Origin: an uncultured bacterium
Lineage (GTDB): Bacteria > SAR324 > NAC60-12
DNA length: 64,000 nucleotides
Direction: 5' to 3'
NCBI GenBank assembly: GCA_965662235.1
Contig: CBFIGY010000009.1
Span: 30,300 to 94,299, forward strand
In this document: piece by piece, positions 59,897 through 64,000 of the stretch
How the letters are laid out: every line of letters begins with the position of its first letter
How positions within the stretch are numbered: position 1 is the first letter of the stretch
The notes under the pieces: generated by a model
The model's input: only the letters and a program-made list of their open reading frames with translations
Databases searched by the model: none
Told to the model about the DNA's origin: nothing
Translations under genes and position numbers: made by a program

Positions 59897-61558
59897 ATGG
59901 GATTGCGGACAAACAACATCAAGCGAATGCAGCAGGGAACGCACGACGTGCTGGTCCTGGGAGCCGGGATCAACGGAGCCGTCTCCGCTGCGGCGCTGGC
60001 CGCCCGAGGGGCGAAGGTCGCCTTGATTGACAAGGGGGATTTTTCAGGATTTACGAGTCAGTCTTCCTCCAACCTAGCGTGGGGGGGGATCAAGTACATG
60101 GAGACCTACGAATTTGGGTTGGTCCGGAAGCTCTGCATGTCCCGGAACCACTTGATTCGAAACTACCCGTCAACGGTGGAGGAGATCCGGTTTTACACCA
60201 ACCTGGACCAGGGGTTCCGGTTTCCACCCATCCTGATCTACGCGGGAGCGCTCTTCTACTGGCTCATTGGCAACTTCTTCACCAAGCCTCCGCGCCTGCT
60301 GTCGCCGGAGCGGATCAATGATGAAGAGCCTGTCATCAACACCCTGAAGAGCATTGGCGGGATGGAGTACTCGGACGCCTACTTGCACGACAATGACGCG
60401 CGGTTTGTGTTCAACTTCATCCGGTCTGCAATGAACTACGGCTGCTCGGCCGCCAACTACGTGGAGGCCCTCAGCAGCAAGCGCGACAACGGCATCTGGG
60501 TGACAGAGGTTCGAGACCGTGAGAGCGGCGAAACCTTCGAGGTGCGCTCCCGGAGCCTGATCAACGCCTGCGGCCCCTACGTGGACCGCTTCAACGCCAT
60601 CAGCGAGGTCCGGACGGAGCACCGACACGTGTACTCCAAGGGCATCCACCTGATTGTGCCCCGCCTGACCAAGAGCAAGCGGGTGCTGACCTTCTTTGCG
60701 GACGACGGGCGCCTCTTCTTTGCCATCCCCATGGGGAACCGGACGGTCATCGGAACCACCGACACCCGGACCGAAAATCCCAAGGAGGGCATCACAGAGG
60801 AAGACCGGAGCTTTGTGCTGGACAATATCAACAAGCGCCTCAACCTGACGCAGCCGCTCACTCGTGAAGACATCATTGCTGAGCGCTGGGGAGTCCGGCC
60901 GCTTGTGGTGGAGTCGAGCAGCGATGGAAGTTCGGCAGATTGGGTGAAGCTCTCTCGCAAGCACGAGATCGACGTCAAGCCCCAGGAGCGGCACATCAGC
61001 ATCTTCGGCGGCAAGCTGACGGACTGCCTGAACGTCGGAGAGGAGGTGTGCGACTTTGTTCAGGAGATTGGCATTCCGTTGCTCTACCCGAAGCGCAAGT
61101 GGTACGGAGAGCCCGAACGGTCGGTCCGGGAGGAGTTTCTCCACCAGGCCAAGCTGATGGGGTTGGACCAGTTGCCAGGACCTGAAGACGCCGAACCTGT
61201 TTCACAACGGCTCTGGCGACGTTACGGCTCAGATGCCTTCACCATGCTGGAGGAGATCCGGGAGGATCCGTCGATGGGAGAGGTGCTGATTGAGCACTCC
61301 GAGTACCGGCGTGTGGAGATTGCCCATGCGGCCAAGCGCGAGATGATCACGCATCTGGAGGACTTCCTGCGGCGGCGCTCCAAGATCTCGCTGGTGGTGC
61401 CCTTTGAGCAGCTGAAGGCGTCGAAGGGCCTCAAGGAGGCGTGCCGTTTGCTTTTCGGAGAGCAGTGTGATCAACGCTGGGAGGAGTACTTCCGCGAGAA
61501 CCCTGTCATCTCCAAGCCGCAACCTGCAGAGACCGAGGCGGTTTCTGAAGCGGCCTAG
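59897..61558 (+). CDS. glpD: Glycerol-3-phosphate dehydrogenase/oxidase-family flavoprotein
   Basis: LGAGING, TSQSSSNL.WGGIKY, INACGP, IGTTD, GVRPL, GGKLT. Confidence 0.82.
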   Translation: MGLRTNNIKRMQQGTHDVLVLGAGINGAVSAAALAARGAKVALIDKGDFSGFTSQSSSNLAWGGIKYMETYEFGLVRKLCMSRNHLIRNYPSTVEEIRFYTNLDQGFRFPPILIYAGALFYWLIGNFFTKPPRLLSPERINDEEPVINTLKSIGGMEYSDAYLHDNDARFVFNFIRSAMNYGCSAANYVEALSSKRDNGIWVTEVRDRESGETFEVRSRSLINACGPYVDRFNAISEVRTEHRHVYSKGIHLIVPRLTKSKRVLTFFADDGRLFFAIPMGNRTVIGTTDTRTENPKEGITEEDRSFVLDNINKRLNLTQPLTREDIIAERWGVRPLVVESSSDGSSADWVKLSRKHEIDVKPQERHISIFGGKLTDCLNVGEEVCDFVQEIGIPLLYPKRKWYGEPERSVREEFLHQAKLMGLDQLPGPEDAEPVSQRLWRRYGSDAFTMLEEIREDPSMGEVLIEHSEYRRVEIAHAAKREMITHLEDFLRRRSKISLVVPFEQLKASKGLKEACRLLFGEQCDQRWEEYFRENPVISKPQPAETEAVSEAA

Positions 61559-61570
61559 CCTCGCTCTGGC

Positions 61571-62518
61571 ATGAAGCAAACCACCGCTGAACGCGATCAG
61601 CAGCTCTACGGCTCTCGGGTCGCCTGGTACTACTACAAAACCGGGATGACCCAGTCTGAGATTGCCGAAAAGCTGGGGCTCAACCGAGCTCGGGTGATCA
61701 CAATCCTCAATGAGGCAAAACGCAGCGGAACCGTCAGCATTCACATTGCAGGAGAGGATCCTCCTCGTTTTGAGCGGGAAGAGGCCATGCGGGCCCGTTG
61801 GGGCCTCCGGGAGGTGATGCTCATTCCTTCTGTGCCTGCCGAGCAGATGGCTGAAAGCCTAGGGCAGGCTGCCGCTCAGTTCCTGGAGACTCGGCTGCAG
61901 GAAAAGCGGCACCTGGTCGGACTGGGTTGGGGCTCAACCGTGGTGTGGGCCATGCGGCACCTCGGACGCCTGAGCAATCGAGAGGTCGAGTTTGTCACCC
62001 TCTGTGGCGGAGTCACCAACTACCTCAGTGTTCAGACTCCCGGAAACGTCGGGAGCGTCCTCTCCGGATTCTTCTATCCCTTTCACATCATCCCCACCCC
62101 GCTCCTCATCAGCTCTGAGGCGCTCCGGAATCAGCTTCTGCAGGAGCCCGAGGTTCACGCTGTGATGCAAAAGGCCCTTTCCTGTGACCTCGCCTTGGTG
62201 GGCATTGGCGCTGTTGCGCCCAGCGCCGGGTTCCGGGAATTCGGGTATCACTCGGAAGCCGAGTTGCAGCGACTGCGGCACCTGGGCGCTGCTGGAGAAA
62301 TCTTTGGGGAGCACTTTGATGACGCAGGCGCGCCCCTTCACCTGGAGCACCATCAGCGCCTCATCTCCACTCGACTGGAGGACCTGCGGCAGATGCAGCA
62401 CGTCGTTGGGGTTGCCGGAGGTCCGGACAAGGTGGAAGCCCTCCGTGGAGCCCTCCGCGGCGGCATCCTCCACTCCCTGATCACCGATGAAGAAACGGCT
62501 CAGGCCCTACTGGACTGA
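61571..62518 (+). CDS. SorC/DeoR-type sugar-binding transcriptional regulator
   Basis: AWYYY..GMTQSEIA..LG..R..V HTH; GWGST, VGIG, GVAGG..K..A..GAL, LITDE. Confidence 0.92.
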   Translation: MKQTTAERDQQLYGSRVAWYYYKTGMTQSEIAEKLGLNRARVITILNEAKRSGTVSIHIAGEDPPRFEREEAMRARWGLREVMLIPSVPAEQMAESLGQAAAQFLETRLQEKRHLVGLGWGSTVVWAMRHLGRLSNREVEFVTLCGGVTNYLSVQTPGNVGSVLSGFFYPFHIIPTPLLISSEALRNQLLQEPEVHAVMQKALSCDLALVGIGAVAPSAGFREFGYHSEAELQRLRHLGAAGEIFGEHFDDAGAPLHLEHHQRLISTRLEDLRQMQHVVGVAGGPDKVEALRGALRGGILHSLITDEETAQALLD

Positions 62519-62566
62519 TTTCCGGTTTTTGCCCATTTCCCCCACTGAGACGGCCCCTGAGGTTGC

Positions 62567-63373
62567 TCACGCCAACCAAGCGCTGTAGAGCAACTTGCCC
62601 CCCATCATCAGCAACACGCTGTGGCTGATGTCGTAGAAGATGCGGTCGCTGAGGTGGGTGTTCATCCACTTTCCCAGAAACACCCCAACTGGAATGACTG
62701 GCAGGAGCCAGAGGGAGAGATGCCAGGTTTCGCTGGTGAAGAGGTCGGCCTCTGCATAAAAAGGCAGTTTGGCCAGATTGATGACAAAGAAGTACACACT
62801 CAGGGTCCCCACAAACACCTGCCTGGCCAACGCGTGCGGCAACAAGAAGATCTGTGCCGGAATGCCCCCGGAGAGGGAAACAAAGCTGGAGATTCCAGAA
62901 AGGCCGCACCAGAACGCCCCCCGGGGAATCAGTCGACGCTTCACCACCTCGGCAATTTCTTCAGAGGTCTGAGGACTCGGGTGAAGGCGCCGCCAGCCAT
63001 ACTTCACCGCTGTGATCAGGGCAATCACGCCAATCAGGGTGGTCAGGATCTGGTCATTGAACACGTCCAGCAGTGACCAGCCAATGACCTGTCCCAGCAA
63101 CCCGAAGCTGCACATGACCAGCAGGATCCTCCGGTCCAGCCACTGCCGCCAGAGGTACACCACCCACACGTCGGTGACCAAAAAAAGTGGTAACAGGATG
63201 CCCAGCGCCAAACGGGGCGGCAGCACAAAGAGCATCAGGGGCACACTCAGTGAGCCCAACGCTCCTCCAAATCCCGATTTGGAAATGGCCACTGCCAGCA
63301 CTGCCAAGCAGGCCATGATGCCAAAGTACACGGGGCTCTCTGCGAGAACCTCCCACCCTTCTACAGGGGCCAT
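62567..63373 (-). CDS. TauE/SafE-family membrane exporter
   Basis: SKSGFGG, LLP....D, SG..SF....GG.P, N..KLP.Y. Confidence 0.85.
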   Translation of the reverse strand: MAPVEGWEVLAESPVYFGIMACLAVLAVAISKSGFGGALGSLSVPLMLFVLPPRLALGILLPLFLVTDVWVVYLWRQWLDRRILLVMCSFGLLGQVIGWSLLDVFNDQILTTLIGVIALITAVKYGWRRLHPSPQTSEEIAEVVKRRLIPRGAFWCGLSGISSFVSLSGGIPAQIFLLPHALARQVFVGTLSVYFFVINLAKLPFYAEADLFTSETWHLSLWLLPVIPVGVFLGKWMNTHLSDRIFYDISHSVLLMMGGKLLYSAWLA

Positions 63374-63425
63374 TGCTTCTCCTCTCCTCGATTTCCCCTA
63401 GACCTCACGGCAACGGTCCCTAGGG

Positions 63426-64000
63426 TCAATCCAAGAAGTATACTCGGTTCATCCACCCAATGTCTGTATGATTGTCATTCTCCGCCCAATTCACGCCGTC
63501 CCCACTTGAGTAGATCCCCCCTGCTTCCCCAACGGCCACAAACTTCCCATTCCCATAAGCGACTCCATTGGCTTGCCGACCTCCTGTCTCTTGAACGTAT
63601 TGCCACGCCTCTCCAAAATCATTGGACACCGAAATCCCTCCGGAGCCTCCATGGGTTGCCACCATTGCTAGGACTTCACTCGTCTCTGCTGCCACCGCAG
63701 CAGTTCCCATCTCAGATACATTATCCAGATCCACATCACTCCACGTTGTTCCTTCTATTGAAGAATGGACTCTTGTTGTTGTCGGTGGATTCAGGCCATC
63801 AGGATCATCCCAGATTGATTCGAAGCAAATAAACTTATTTTTGTAAATGAGGCTGCCACATGACTGGGGAAAATCGATTGTGAAGGAGTTAGAAGCGTTT
63901 CCATCTTTGTCAAAGATGTACCATCCGATGCTCGTATTAACATACACTTCATCCTCAATTAAAGAGACGCCATAATCACTGTAATAAATGCTTCCATTGT
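63426..64000 (-). CDS. C-terminal part of a low-GC secreted-type beta-propeller/BNR-like protein (5' end outside the window)
   Basis: Repeated S.D/EG..W motifs (SIEGTTW, SNDFGEAW, SGDGVNW), VAYGNGKFVAVG; frame appears open to the window end. Confidence 0.7.
   Translation of the reverse strand, partial: NGSIYYSDYGVSLIEDEVYVNTSIGWYIFDKDGNASNSFTIDFPQSCGSLIYKNKFICFESIWDDPDGLNPPTTTRVHSSIEGTTWSDVDLDNVSEMGTAAVAAETSEVLAMVATHGGSGGISVSNDFGEAWQYVQETGGRQANGVAYGNGKFVAVGEAGGIYSSGDGVNWAENDNHTDIGWMNRVYFLD

Noticed and set aside
1..64000. CRISPR arrays, tRNA/rRNA genes, IS elements, prophage genes
   Set aside because: No regularly spaced repeats, cloverleaf or rRNA signatures, or transposase/integrase motifs seen by eye; intergenic gaps are short. 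tRNAscan and Infernal runs would be needed for certainty.

Overview
GC-rich (roughly 60%+) bacterial chromosomal window, densely coding, with about 64 CDS. I recognised no rRNA, tRNA, CRISPR array, transposase or integrase. Gene content and style suggest a heterotrophic deltaproteobacterium-like organism such as SAR324 (inference only). Housekeeping genes include proS, trkA, a prs-like gene, leuCD, glgCA, pfk, hldD/rfaE2, slyD, yciH, bioY and hemH. Accessory blocks: an incomplete peptide-type ABC transporter with an aldehyde dehydrogenase; a TAXI-TRAP transporter; a di-heme cytochrome c peroxidase followed by an uncharacterised outer-membrane protein and three lipoproteins; an N-terminally short CobN; a fluoroacetate-type dehalogenase; and a non-phosphorylative L-rhamnose catabolic cluster. 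Best candidate for an undescribed system: a LOV blue-light histidine kinase divergent from a sigma-54 activator that has an unknown C-terminal domain and heads a tightly coupled photolyase-membrane protein-flavin oxidoreductase-ferrochelatase operon (37289-45303). Separately, the palindrome TCCGGA is strongly over-represented, reminiscent of cyanobacterial HIP1. The last ~0.6 kb is visibly lower in GC.
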